A stretch of 64,000 nucleotides of DNA from a virus (taxonomy: Duplodnaviria; Caudoviricetes): positions 1,428 through 65,427 of the IMG/VR virus record IMGVR_UViG_3300038441_000626; one strand, written 5' to 3'. Every line of letters starts with the position of its first letter. Within the stretch, counting starts at the first letter, position 1. The translations under genes were made by a program, and so were the position numbers. This document shows, in pieces, positions 17,812 to 28,061 of the stretch. Below the pieces are notes generated by a model that was not told where the DNA came from, searched no databases, and worked only from the letters and a program-made list of their open reading frames with translations.

Positions 17812-19242
17812 ATGGCCTATCAGGAATTCTATTGTAATCAGCTTTCGCCGACCGCGAATCTGCACGCGGGAAGTACTCCTGGCGTGCCGATCAGGGTCTA
17901 TGATAACGGCTCGTGGGTTCAGGGGACTCGTGTATTTACAGTCGCCAGCGGAAACCCCATCACGGATGGCGTGCCAGTCGGCGAATACTGTTCCGTGTGG
18001 CCCAACGCCCAGACCACGACCAGCTTCATCGGTCAGATCACAGCGGTGACTGCGACGACGATCACGGTTTCACTGTCAAAGTTCGCTGGGTTCTCGCCAC
18101 CGACTGGCAATCTGAATACTTATTGCGTCGTCGGCGGGGCGTGGTATGGTCCGACAGGGGCAAGCAATTTTCCGTTCGGTTTCATCACGAATGTCTGTAC
18201 TAGCGTTCCGGGAGCTATGCCGCGTGTGAACTTTAGGAATGTGGCGACGTATCCGATCACTGCTGGACTGGTCCACAACTTGAACGGACCGATCATATTC
18301 GAGGGCTACACGACGAATCTGGACGATGGCGGGATGACACAGTTCGACGGGACTCCGGCAGCGGCTATTACTCCAATCAACATCGGGGGCAAGCATGTTG
18401 AACTCAGGGGTCTGATCTTTTCCAACAGCGGGGCGACTTCCGGGGCGAGTCCCGGAATCTCTTTGAATGGCGGGAACAACCGCGTGTTCCGCTGTGTGGC
18501 TCATACGATCCGGGCATCCGGGTTACACAACATGGCGGCCTATAATGTCTGGGAGGAGTGCGAGGCGTACAACTGCAACACTAGCAACACATCCGGTGCG
18601 GCGGCAGCATTTGCGAACGGTTTCATGCCAGTTTTTATTCGCTGCATCGCCCATCACAACACGCAGCCGAACGCCAGCGGGTTTATTACGAATACACTCG
18701 CCAACACGGGAGCTTGTTTCGTTCACTGTATTTCTCACGCCAACGGCGGGCATGGATTTCTTTCAAGAGATCAGACCGGATCGAGATTCTACGGCTGCGA
18801 TGCTTACTATAATGGTCTCGACGGACTTCGCATCGTACAGAACACCGCGGGCGGCATAGACTGGATTGAGAACTGTAATTTTCTGAGAAATGGTGGCTAC
18901 GGAATTCAGCGGACTGATGCCCTGTCGATGGCAATCATTCAGAACTGCGGGTTTGGTGCTGGGTCGATGGCCAATGTCTCCGGTACGATGATCGCTGTGC
19001 ATGTTGCTGATGGCTGCTTTAACTATCCTGCTGACAAGACTCCGTGGGTTGATCCCGATGACGGCGACTTCCGTATTGTTCTGCCACAGGCAATCGGTGC
19101 GGCACGAGGACAGTTTAAGCAGACTCAAGCTGGATATGGCGATCCCAATCCCACGCGATCGACTATGGACATGGGCGCTGTGCAACGGGGTGTGAACAGA
19201 CTATTGCCGGGCGGCATGACAGGAGGGTTCCACCGCACATGA
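17812..19242 (+). CDS. Right-handed beta-helix (pectin lyase-like) virion protein
   Basis: Repeated CxAxxN..G units; C-terminal PWVDPDDGDFR and DMGAVQ. Confidence 0.7.
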   Translation: MAYQEFYCNQLSPTANLHAGSTPGVPIRVYDNGSWVQGTRVFTVASGNPITDGVPVGEYCSVWPNAQTTTSFIGQITAVTATTITVSLSKFAGFSPPTGNLNTYCVVGGAWYGPTGASNFPFGFITNVCTSVPGAMPRVNFRNVATYPITAGLVHNLNGPIIFEGYTTNLDDGGMTQFDGTPAAAITPINIGGKHVELRGLIFSNSGATSGASPGISLNGGNNRVFRCVAHTIRASGLHNMAAYNVWEECEAYNCNTSNTSGAAAAFANGFMPVFIRCIAHHNTQPNASGFITNTLANTGACFVHCISHANGGHGFLSRDQTGSRFYGCDAYYNGLDGLRIVQNTAGGIDWIENCNFLRNGGYGIQRTDALSMAIIQNCGFGAGSMANVSGTMIAVHVADGCFNYPADKTPWVDPDDGDFRIVLPQAIGAARGQFKQTQAGYGDPNPTRSTMDMGAVQRGVNRLLPGGMTGGFHRT

Positions 19243-19514
19243 GCAAGCATACTGAGAAGTACCTGCGAGAGCACCCGCTTCCCGCACGACCCAAGCCGCC
19301 TCCGCTCCGAAGCTGGCGGCACGGGAAGTCCGGCTGGCGGGTGAGCGCGGAGACAGAGAATGAAGCCCGGGTGCAGCTTGATGGCCTCGTGGGTGAGCCG
19401 ATCGGTGACTTGACAGAGATCGAGCCGGTCATCAACGAGGACGGGCAGATCACGGGCTGGGTGGATGTGGTGACAAAGCAGCCGATCAATCTGAAGAAGC
19501 TGGACGCGGAGTAA
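19239..19514 (+). CDS. Hypothetical protein
   Basis: 91-aa ORF with ATGA coupling. Confidence 0.6.
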   Translation: MSKHTEKYLREHPLPARPKPPPLRSWRHGKSGWRVSAETENEARVQLDGLVGEPIGDLTEIEPVINEDGQITGWVDVVTKQPINLKKLDAE

Positions 19515-19520
19515 TAGGGC

Positions 19521-22500
19521 ATGGCCTTCCCGACGATCCTCATCAACAACAGTACCGGCAGCAATACCGCAGCCAGCGGGGCCGGTCCATCGACAGCTTT
19601 GACCGGGGCCGGGGCAGCACTGACGAGCGCCGCGGCGACGGTGAATCTGTCGGCCAACACGCCCAACCTGTCAGGGGTCGCAACGGATGGGACAGCGGCG
19701 TTGTACGTCAACAGTTCGACGGGCCGGAAATTTGGCAGAATTACGGCCGTTAATGACGGCACAGATGTCGTTACGACTTCCGAAACGTGGGGCGTCACGG
19801 AATCTGGCCGGACGTGGGCCATCGGCGGCAAGCGGTTCGACTTCGAGACCACGAATACGCTCACGAAGAACCTGTTCTCCGCTGATATGTCGGCGGGCTG
19901 GTCAGTGGATATTCAGGAGGCGGGGGTCAACTATGTCCTCACGTCCACGATTACGGTCAGCGTGGCTGGCAATCAGACAGACGGAAGAATTCTGGTTAGA
20001 TCATCAAGTGGGGCCTATCCGACGATTACTTGTGCTACGAATTCTGTAGTGCTGTTCACCTATTCCAGTGGTGGCGGCTACATGGAGTTCAAGCACCTGA
20101 AGTTGACGCATACTGCCGCGACGCGAGGCGCAGCGTTCACTCGATCGCTCGGAACAATCACGAATGTTTTTTACACAGATTTGATAATCGACGGCTGCTT
20201 GACGTTCTGGGCGTCTGTAACGTCACTCGGCAATCCGATTCTCACTGCCTGTGAAGTCAAGAACACAACGAGTACGACTGCCGCTGTTGGCGCGCCCGGG
20301 ACTTCATCGACCCGCATGTACGGCTGCGACGTTCATGACAATGCCGGGGATGGGGTTCGCTTCGCAGTATCATTATATGCCCTCGCCTGTCTCTTCACTG
20401 ATAACGTCGTGGGGATCAATGAAACTGGGGCTGCTGGGGTCTCGTCCGACCTGTCTGTGACTGGCTGTATTATCGCTGGAAACTCGTCCGATGGGATCAA
20501 GAATACAACTGCCAAAACACTTGTAACGGAGTTTTTCCCTGTTGCTTTGCTTAATAACATCATCTATGGCAACGGGGGCCGGGATGTGAACTTTGCTACG
20601 GCTCAGTCGCTGGTCGAAGCCGACCTGTGGATCAACCGGAACAATGCCAGTGGCGGCAATGTATCAGCCCGGTTGAATTTCCCGGCAGGGACGGACGATG
20701 TGACGCTGACAGCCGACCCGTTCACTGATTCTGCCAACCGTGACTATTCATTAAATGACAACGCAGGCGGTGGTGCAGCTTGTCGCGGGGCGGGTTATCC
20801 AGGACAGATGGTAAGTCTAACGACGACCGCGTTTCAGGACATCGGACTTCAACACGAGGACGAAGGCGCAGCCGGAGACCCATCTATGAGCTTAACATCA
20901 GTCATCCGGCACATTAAAGTCCTCGATGCAGCGGCGTCGGATGGATCAGGAAAGACTGGTCTGACGTATAGCAGCTTCACGATGAAGTACAACACGCAGG
21001 GCGGGACACTAATTTCTCTAACAACAGAGACTATTGCTACGCTGGGAACTTATCAGGCTCCCACCTCCAACGTACATATTCGCATTCGTGAACTCAACAA
21101 CACAGATCCCACAAAGGGCATCTACGAGGTTCACTTCCACAACGATCAGATGGTAAACACAGGCAAACGGCTCTGGCTGTATCTCTCGGCATCAGGAGCA
21201 GCATTTCAGCCGATGGAGATCGACCTGATCCCCTACATGGACGCCAGTCCGTCGTCGGCAGACAGGCTGAGAGATTTCGCTGACGAATGCTACGATCCCA
21301 CCGCGAACGAGGTCGCCGCGAGTGGTGCGGGCGGTGGCGCTACACCTGAGGACATTGCTGATGAGGTTCAGACAAGAACTATCGCAGCCGTTACAACTGT
21401 CGCGAACGTGTCTGGCGATGTAGCCGGCAGTATCCTTGGGAACGTCGATGGGAATGTCGGCGGCGACGTGACCGGAAAAGTTCTGGGAGCTGGAGCTGGG
21501 GTCTTCATCGGAGTTGGCGCTCGGGCACGAAGCCATGCCGATAATAATCTCGCAGTCGAGTCGGTTCAGAACAACATCAACGATGTTATCGTTGGCAAGC
21601 TCGATGACATGCTGGAAGCCGATGGGATCGTCTATCGCTGGACTGCTAACGCTCTTGAGTTGGGTCCCTCAGGAGGCGGTGGTACTGGTCCAACTGCCGT
21701 GGAGATCGCTAACGAGGTGCAGACAAGAACGATGGCTGGTGTCTCCGCAGTGGGCGATAAGACTGGCTATGCTCTGAGCGCCGCCGGTATCTCGTCGATC
21801 TGGGCTGTACTTACTAGCGCTCTCAGTACTGCGGGTAGTATCGGCAAGTACATCGTCGATAGGCTCGATGTAGTGCTTAGTACTCGAGCATCAGGCGCAG
21901 ATTACACGCCCGCTAGAGCGGCTAAGCTCGATAACCTGGACGCGACAGTGTCATCGCGTGCGCCTGGTGCGACTGCTCTGTCAACAGTCCAATGGACTAA
22001 CTCGCGAGCTACAACACTTGATAACCTGGATGTGACTGTGGGCTCCAGGGCACCAGCAGATACTGCACTGCTGAACTCGGATTACACGCCATCGAGGGCC
22101 GCTAATCTTGATAACCTGAACGCAACTGTCTCGTCGAGAGCCCCAGCCGCAACCGCACTGTCGATAGTTCAGTGGACTAACGGTCGAGCTGCGCTTCTCG
22201 ATAACCTCGATGCGGCGATAAGCACCAGAGCTCCAGCGTCCACTGCCCTGTCTACTGTCGAGTGGACTAGCCCTAGGGCAGTGGCGCTAGACAATCTGGA
22301 CGTGAATGTAGGGTCTAGGTTACCGACCAACGGTTACACCGCGCCCAACAACGCAGGCATCGCAACCATTGGAGGCGTTACTAATAAACTTGACACTGCG
22401 ATGGTGCTCGACGGCGCAGAATGGCAGTTTACTGCTAACGCCCTAGAATTAGGCGTTGGCGGTGGAGGCGGTGGTGGTGAAGCTGACTGGACTGAACCTG

Positions 22501-22874
22501 AGCGAGAACAGATACGTCACCGATTAGGCATCGACGGGACTGCGTCAGAGCCTGTGATTACGGTGCCTAGTTTAGCTCTGGAGAGCACATCAGAAGCGAT
22601 CCTTGCTGCTGTAGGAGGTCTTGGTAGTAATATCGGCGCTGGTAGTATCGAATACATCGACCACCTCTACGCAAATAACAACGACGATGAGCCTATCGTC
22701 GGTGCTGAGGTCTGGGCGTCGACTGACTCAGAGGGTACGGTTGTGATCGCTGGTGCTGTTACTACGGATGATTTTGGCCGGTTTAGGTTCATGCTCGATC
22801 CGGGCACCTATTATGTGTGGGTAGATCACCCTGAATACAACTTCAATAACCCGTTTACGATCCAGGTGGCCTAA
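19521..22874 (+). CDS. Large fibre/spike-like protein: beta-helix N-terminus, ~29-aa repeats, C-terminal Ig/carboxypeptidase-regulatory-like domain
   Basis: 1117 aa; DPFTDSANRDYSL; LDNLDxxVSSRAP repeats; TTDDFGRFRFMLDPGTYYV. Confidence 0.7.
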   Translation: MAFPTILINNSTGSNTAASGAGPSTALTGAGAALTSAAATVNLSANTPNLSGVATDGTAALYVNSSTGRKFGRITAVNDGTDVVTTSETWGVTESGRTWAIGGKRFDFETTNTLTKNLFSADMSAGWSVDIQEAGVNYVLTSTITVSVAGNQTDGRILVRSSSGAYPTITCATNSVVLFTYSSGGGYMEFKHLKLTHTAATRGAAFTRSLGTITNVFYTDLIIDGCLTFWASVTSLGNPILTACEVKNTTSTTAAVGAPGTSSTRMYGCDVHDNAGDGVRFAVSLYALACLFTDNVVGINETGAAGVSSDLSVTGCIIAGNSSDGIKNTTAKTLVTEFFPVALLNNIIYGNGGRDVNFATAQSLVEADLWINRNNASGGNVSARLNFPAGTDDVTLTADPFTDSANRDYSLNDNAGGGAACRGAGYPGQMVSLTTTAFQDIGLQHEDEGAAGDPSMSLTSVIRHIKVLDAAASDGSGKTGLTYSSFTMKYNTQGGTLISLTTETIATLGTYQAPTSNVHIRIRELNNTDPTKGIYEVHFHNDQMVNTGKRLWLYLSASGAAFQPMEIDLIPYMDASPSSADRLRDFADECYDPTANEVAASGAGGGATPEDIADEVQTRTIAAVTTVANVSGDVAGSILGNVDGNVGGDVTGKVLGAGAGVFIGVGARARSHADNNLAVESVQNNINDVIVGKLDDMLEADGIVYRWTANALELGPSGGGGTGPTAVEIANEVQTRTMAGVSAVGDKTGYALSAAGISSIWAVLTSALSTAGSIGKYIVDRLDVVLSTRASGADYTPARAAKLDNLDATVSSRAPGATALSTVQWTNSRATTLDNLDVTVGSRAPADTALLNSDYTPSRAANLDNLNATVSSRAPAATALSIVQWTNGRAALLDNLDAAISTRAPASTALSTVEWTSPRAVALDNLDVNVGSRLPTNGYTAPNNAGIATIGGVTNKLDTAMVLDGAEWQFTANALELGVGGGGGGGEADWTEPEREQIRHRLGIDGTASEPVITVPSLALESTSEAILAAVGGLGSNIGAGSIEYIDHLYANNNDDEPIVGAEVWASTDSEGTVVIAGAVTTDDFGRFRFMLDPGTYYVWVDHPEYNFNNPFTIQVA
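21855..22330 (+). repeat. About six tandem ~29-aa repeats
   Basis: [YW]TxxRAxxLDNLDxxV[SG]SRAPxxTAL units. Confidence 0.85.
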
Positions 22875-23443
22875 TGCCTATCTATCCAGAGAGTGTAGTC
22901 GGCGCGCCGTGGTGGACGTCGCGTGAGGAACTCGAGCGGATGTTTGGGCGGACTAACATCACCCGTTGGGCCGACATTGAAAATGAGAATGTCGCAGAGG
23001 ATATTACGGCCCAGATACAGTGGTCAGTCGTCGCTGGTCACGAGGATGCTGTGATGCGCTTGGAGGGTACATCCTGCGGGATAATTTATACGGCGCCGAG
23101 TCCGCTAAGGATAGCGACAACAAGACTCGCTGCATTCCTACTGTATAGTGCTCGCGGAATCAAAGACGCTCCCGAGGATCAGGAAGGCCGTAGCAGGTTA
23201 TCGACCGCTAAGAAACTTGCTGATGAGTTCTTCAAAATGGTTCGGGCCGGTCAGTACAGCATCGGTAGCGGTTTGGCCGGTGATGGTCTACCGATTACCT
23301 CGTATCCTGAGGCCTTGAGGCCCTTTGATCCAACAGGACAGGATCGTAATCAGGACCAGATCATGGAGGATAACATCGCTGATGAACATTCTGGAATACA
23401 AGGCGTACCAACACAACGAGATAACATCGAGTGGGCAGAGTAA
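22874..23443 (+). CDS. Head-tail adaptor (Mu gp36/DUF1320-like)
   Basis: WTSREELERMFG...LAAFLLYSARG...FFKMVRAG pattern. Confidence 0.7.
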   Translation: MPIYPESVVGAPWWTSREELERMFGRTNITRWADIENENVAEDITAQIQWSVVAGHEDAVMRLEGTSCGIIYTAPSPLRIATTRLAAFLLYSARGIKDAPEDQEGRSRLSTAKKLADEFFKMVRAGQYSIGSGLAGDGLPITSYPEALRPFDPTGQDRNQDQIMEDNIADEHSGIQGVPTQRDNIEWAE

Positions 23444-23532
23444 GTTTATCTAGCGAACTAGGCGGTCGCCTGGCGTCCAGGTTTTCAAGCACAGTGTTCG
23501 CTCGATGCGTAGTCGCTGCCCGAACTCTGGTG

Positions 23533-24180
23533 ATGCCTGACATCATCGACGTACTGCAGGATGTTGAGCTCACCTCCAATAGGGCTATGAATCTGGCCTT
23601 CGAGGAGAATCTTAATCGAGGCGTAGGCTTAGCCCAGATTGGCCTTAACAAGCGAGAGACCAAGGCAGTTAAGGAGCTCTACAGCTCTGTAGCTCGAACC
23701 TCTACAACTAAAACTATGTCGCAGCTCAGGGAGGAGCTCATTAAGATAGTAAAGGCCAGCGCTAAGTTAAAGCCCGATCGGCGCGAGGCTTTCATCAAGA
23801 AGCATTTAAAGCGTCTGGGTGTCGGTGATGCAGTAACTGGCAACGTAGTTAAAACGCTCGTCGATACTCACGTGTCGATTGCAGGCAACGCAGCCACGTG
23901 GGTAGCTACGCAGCGCAGTGATAAGCTCTGGGGTTACGAGTACAGAGCACGAGATGATGCGCGTACGAGACCCGGTCACAAGGCCCTCGATGGAGTGCGA
24001 TACCCTCGCAATCACAGGTTCTGGCGACGCTTTGCTCCTCCTAATGGGTGGGGATGCAGGTGCAAGCTAGTTCCGATCTACGTGGGCAGTGACCGGGCTC
24101 GTATTAAAAGATTCAGTGGCACGCCTGATGTGGACCCCGAGTTCATGTTCAATCCGGGGACGCTAGTCACGGTATACTAA
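23533..24180 (+). CDS. MuF / SPP1 gp7-like head morphogenesis protein (no C-terminal extension)
   Basis: DDARTRPGHKALDG, FWRRFAPPNGWGCRC, FMFNPG; start could be as far upstream as 23431. Confidence 0.9.
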   Translation: MPDIIDVLQDVELTSNRAMNLAFEENLNRGVGLAQIGLNKRETKAVKELYSSVARTSTTKTMSQLREELIKIVKASAKLKPDRREAFIKKHLKRLGVGDAVTGNVVKTLVDTHVSIAGNAATWVATQRSDKLWGYEYRARDDARTRPGHKALDGVRYPRNHRFWRRFAPPNGWGCRCKLVPIYVGSDRARIKRFSGTPDVDPEFMFNPGTLVTVY

Positions 24181-24185
24181 GTATT

Positions 24186-25448
24186 ATGTATCCTGTTGCT
24201 ATTAATGCTTTGAAAGGTGCGTTTGCGTTAAGCAGACGGCATAACAATCCTTCTATTTTTAGAAAGGAATTGGCGTATCCCGGTAAGTTCGCGAAGGTTG
24301 ATCCTGATACTGGTGAGACAGAGTTCGAGCTCGAGGTCGATGAGCCACTGATGGATCACTGGATCAAGACCTTCAAGAAGATGAACGAGAACGGGATCGA
24401 TGTTCCGGTGCCGCTGGGGCACACCACTAATGCTGAGTTCAGGCGTGGCACAGTGATCGACATACGCAAGGAGCCATCTGAGGCCAAGAAAGGCCAGCCT
24501 GGGCTGTTCGCGTACGTGAAGTTCGGTTCGCCGAAGATGGCGGCGCAGTTCGCGCACTCGAATGTTTCTCTGTTCATGCCACCTGATTTCGTCGATGGCA
24601 TGAAACGAAAGTACGTGCGACCGATCAGGCACGTAGCCATTACGGATTATCCAGTAATACCCGGGTTGGGTAAGTTCACCCCTGTAGCCGCGGCCCACAA
24701 ACCTTTTCAGGTCGTGACGCTGTCGCTCGTAGATGAGGATTCAAAAATGACGATCGCGGAACTCGCCGAAAAACTGGGAGTACAAATCCCTGAGGGCGCG
24801 GATGATGATGCCGCGGCTGATGCGATTCAAGAAGCCTGGACTGCCGGCGAGGGCGAAGAAGCAGGCGATGATGAGGGCGCGGGATTCGCCGAAGAGGATG
24901 AACTCGAGGACGAGGAAATGGGCCTCGGCGACCTCGACGAGGAAGAGGACGAGGAAATGGGCCTTGGCGACCTCGAGGAAGAAGACGAAGAGCTTCCGAT
25001 GGCGGAAGACGACGAGGAAGACGAAGAGGACATGTACGGTTTCGAGGACATTCCCGAAGAGGAGGAGGAAGAAGTTCCTCCCGGCGTGGCCTTTGGATAT
25101 GGAGGAGCACAACCCGTGGCTGCAAGTCTCGTTCGCATGGTCCGTAAGGCGAGGGCGACTCAGATCAACGACCTCGTGTACAGCGGCAAGATCACCAAGC
25201 CGGTCGCGGACGCGCTTAAGCAGCTCTACGCGACAAACCGTCACGTCGAGGTGGCGATGTCCTACGAGCAGGCTGCGGGTTCCGACGCGCCTCCTCCAGA
25301 CGACTTCGAGAACGTCTGCAAGGCGTTGTCCCTTAACGCGTCCGTGATCCGGTATGGTGAGCGGACCGGCGCTCAGATGCGCGTCAATGACAGGTCCCCG
25401 ATCATCACCGACGCGGAGGCGAGGGCGAAGAAAGCCCAGCGTCGCTAA
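24186..25448 (+). CDS. Prohead protease/scaffold (Mu gpI-like)
   Basis: VPVPLGH, SNVSL, RHVAITDYPVIPGL; acidic scaffold-like C-terminal half. Confidence 0.85.
   Translation: MYPVAINALKGAFALSRRHNNPSIFRKELAYPGKFAKVDPDTGETEFELEVDEPLMDHWIKTFKKMNENGIDVPVPLGHTTNAEFRRGTVIDIRKEPSEAKKGQPGLFAYVKFGSPKMAAQFAHSNVSLFMPPDFVDGMKRKYVRPIRHVAITDYPVIPGLGKFTPVAAAHKPFQVVTLSLVDEDSKMTIAELAEKLGVQIPEGADDDAAADAIQEAWTAGEGEEAGDDEGAGFAEEDELEDEEMGLGDLDEEEDEEMGLGDLEEEDEELPMAEDDEEDEEDMYGFEDIPEEEEEEVPPGVAFGYGGAQPVAASLVRMVRKARATQINDLVYSGKITKPVADALKQLYATNRHVEVAMSYEQAAGSDAPPPDDFENVCKALSLNASVIRYGERTGAQMRVNDRSPIITDAEARAKKAQRR
24906..24983 (+). repeat. 39-bp tandem duplication encoding EDEEMGLGDL[DE]EE
   Basis: Two near-identical copies read directly. 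Confidence 0.85.
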
Positions 25449-25477
25449 TTCTCCTCTTAAGAACACGGAGCTGAATA

Positions 25478-25924
25478 ATGGCCGTAACGTTCACCGATCG
25501 CGCCAGAAACAGTGATCTCCTCAAGTGGGAGGTCGAACACCGGTACTGTCGGACGGCCGGCACGATCCAGAACAAATCTGGAGTCACGATCGTCAAGGGC
25601 GCGATGACCGTCGGGCTGCCGGTCAAACTGGTCGGCACCCAGTGGGTAACGGTTGCCGCGGCCGATCTGGCCAATACCGGTGGGCTCTTACTGGTCGATG
25701 ACGCAGCAGCGATTCCTGAGGCTTTGGCTGCTGATGCAATCACCGCCAAAACTTATCAGATTCTCACCCGAGGACCGGCGCTCATCAATAAGAGCATCAT
25801 CCCAACGACCGACCTCGCCGGTGCCGCGATCACTCTTGCGACTCTCGTCACCCGTCTCGCGACTCTGAACATCCAGACCATGGTCGAACCGACCTCTGCG
25901 ATGACCAGCGTTCAGGAGTGGTAA
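25478..25924 (+). CDS. Head decoration protein (lambda D-like)
   Basis: SDLLKWE...YCR, RGPALIN; lies between scaffold and capsid genes. Confidence 0.75.
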   Translation: MAVTFTDRARNSDLLKWEVEHRYCRTAGTIQNKSGVTIVKGAMTVGLPVKLVGTQWVTVAAADLANTGGLLLVDDAAAIPEALAADAITAKTYQILTRGPALINKSIIPTTDLAGAAITLATLVTRLATLNIQTMVEPTSAMTSVQEW

Positions 25925-25957
25925 GCTCCTCTCCCTGCTTTCTAAGGATCAACGACC

Positions 25958-27031
25958 ATGATGCTCGATGTATTCGACGCCGATGCGTTCAATCTAGTGA
26001 ACTTAACGGCGGCGCTTCAAAAGCTCCCGTACAAGCCCGGGAGGATCGGCGAGCTCGGCCTGTTCGAGAATAAGCCGACCTCTACGAAGCACGCGATCAT
26101 CGAAGAACAGCACGGGAAACTCTCATTACTTCCGACTCTTCCCCGCGGTGCGTCGAATCAGACCACGCAGTCCTCGCAGCGCAGGAAGATCAGATCGTTC
26201 TTGGTGCCTCACGTGCCTCAGTGGGACGCACTTCTTGCGGACGACCTCGAAGGCAAACGGGCGTTCGGGAGTGAAGATCAGGTCGAGATCTACTCCCAGA
26301 TCATGAACGACCGCATGGAGCAGATGAAGCAGAACCACGAGATCACGTGGGAGTGGCATCGCATCGGCGCCCTCAAGGGAATCGTTCTCGACGCCGACGG
26401 CACAACGGAGGTCTACGACTTCTTCACGGAGTTCGGGATTACTCAGCAGGAAGTCAGTATCGACTTCGCCGACACTGGTACGTACGCGTTGCCTGACCCG
26501 GCCGTCGACTTTAAGGTGATCTCATCGCAGATCATCCGTGCCACCCAGCTCGCCCTCGGTGATGCGCGTTTTACTGGCATCCATGCGATGTGCGGGAACC
26601 AGTTCTTCGACTCGTTCATCAAGCACGGCACCGTGCGGATGGCATACGAGCGATACCAGGACAATCAGTTCGCTCGTCAGACACAAATCCCTGGCGGTTC
26701 ACAGCCGACCGGGTTCATGTTTGCTGACATCGAGTGGGAGAACTACCGCGGCGGGATCGGGACGGTGGACTTCTTCGACTCCGACAAGGCGTATTTCTTC
26801 CCGAAGGGTGTTCCCCAGCTGTTCCTCGAGATTCCCGCACCTGCCCCTTTCGTGGAGACGGTGAACACCCGCGGGATTCCACTCTACGCCAAGCAAGAGC
26901 GTATGAAGTGGGACCTGGGTATCGAGCTGCACACCCAGAGCAACGTGCTCTTCATGTGCACCCGTCCGAAGTGCCTCATCAAGGCTACCGGGACCAATCT
27001 GGTCGGCCACACGAGCGGCCTGATCTCCTAA
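25958..27031 (+). CDS. Major capsid protein (Phage_cap_E-like)
   Basis: MLDVFDADAF..LTAALQKLP, TWEWHRIGALKG, ETVNTRGIPLYAK, QSNVLFMCTRP. Confidence 0.92.
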   Translation: MMLDVFDADAFNLVNLTAALQKLPYKPGRIGELGLFENKPTSTKHAIIEEQHGKLSLLPTLPRGASNQTTQSSQRRKIRSFLVPHVPQWDALLADDLEGKRAFGSEDQVEIYSQIMNDRMEQMKQNHEITWEWHRIGALKGIVLDADGTTEVYDFFTEFGITQQEVSIDFADTGTYALPDPAVDFKVISSQIIRATQLALGDARFTGIHAMCGNQFFDSFIKHGTVRMAYERYQDNQFARQTQIPGGSQPTGFMFADIEWENYRGGIGTVDFFDSDKAYFFPKGVPQLFLEIPAPAPFVETVNTRGIPLYAKQERMKWDLGIELHTQSNVLFMCTRPKCLIKATGTNLVGHTSGLIS

Positions 27032-27044
27032 GCAGGAGGTTTCA

Positions 27045-27533
27045 ATGGCCATCGTAGAGGCGCGGCTCCAGGTTAATCTGAAGGGGTTAAAACGCCTTCG
27101 ACAGGACCTGAAGTCCGGTCAGGGAGTCGCCCAAGAGATCACGAAGGAGTGGGAGAAGCTCTACAGGGCTTTCATTCTGCTTCGCTTCGATGTCTTCTCT
27201 CGTGGTGGCGGTAACTGGCCACCGCTCAAGAGGTCGACTATCAAAAAGAAGGGGCACAATAGGATCCTTGTCGATACGAACTTCATGCGCAAGAAGCTCG
27301 AGACAGGCATTAGGATTATTGAACAGTCTGGAACGAGTGCTGTCATCGGATTCGTGCAGGATGACCGTCATCCGTCTGCTAACTTGTCGGTAGCAGAACT
27401 AGCTACGATCCACGATCGCGGATTAGGTCCACCACAGCGTAAGATACTTGTGGCGCCGGACCTTCAGACTATCGACAAGAGCAAGAAAGCGGCACGGAAG
27501 CTAATGCTGGCTGCGTTGAACAGAGCAAACTAA
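27045..27533 (+). CDS. Virion morphogenesis/neck protein (Mu gpG-like)
   Basis: WPPLKRSTIKKKG..ILVDT, ATIHDRG. Confidence 0.75.
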   Translation: MAIVEARLQVNLKGLKRLRQDLKSGQGVAQEITKEWEKLYRAFILLRFDVFSRGGGNWPPLKRSTIKKKGHNRILVDTNFMRKKLETGIRIIEQSGTSAVIGFVQDDRHPSANLSVAELATIHDRGLGPPQRKILVAPDLQTIDKSKKAARKLMLAALNRAN

Positions 27534-28060
27534 TGCCCGCAGAACCAGATCCTTTTTCCACCGTCTATAGAGCTCTGTGGACGCTCGCTGAGCAGAGCGC
27601 TTTGTTGTCTTCATTAGTGCGTCCCTTCAATAGGATCAAGTTTCACGATGAGTCGTGGAGTGATCCACGCAAGGATGAGGTGTCGGATGCGGATCTGCCA
27701 GAGCTTGTTCTTGCAGTTACGCAGATGACTGCTCAGATCAGGGCAACGTCCAGTGGTAGCTATGCCACGATGAATCTGGAGTGGTGGCTTTCTACAGGTG
27801 ATACTAGCGTGCATCGAACAGTGTTACCTGTGATGTGGGCTGTGTTCGCGGCGATGACGCCATGGCCAGCTATTGCGCCTACTCTAGTGTCATGGAAGGA
27901 CAAGCCCTTCATTAAGAAGGTAGATTTAATGTCAGCGAACCTAGGACTTGCTGACCGCGAACGTAACAGAGGTATCGTCGGATGGAGTGCGATCTGGGGC
28001 TGTGAGGTGCAGCTTGGATTCGCGACGCGAGACGTGATCGACTCAAACAGCGAGGTTTAA
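27533..28060 (+). CDS. Putative tail terminator
   Basis: Position before tail tube; TAATG coupling. Confidence 0.5.
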   Translation: MPAEPDPFSTVYRALWTLAEQSALLSSLVRPFNRIKFHDESWSDPRKDEVSDADLPELVLAVTQMTAQIRATSSGSYATMNLEWWLSTGDTSVHRTVLPVMWAVFAAMTPWPAIAPTLVSWKDKPFIKKVDLMSANLGLADRERNRGIVGWSAIWGCEVQLGFATRDVIDSNSEV

Positions 28061-28061
28061 C

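Noticed and set aside
23425-23530. Possible structured RNA or tRNA before MuF
   Set aside because: Only short alternative stems, no cloverleaf, and the region may be MuF N-terminal coding sequence.
23533-24180. MuF polymorphic toxin
   Set aside because: Protein ends right after the MuF core; the ART domains are in a separate gene.
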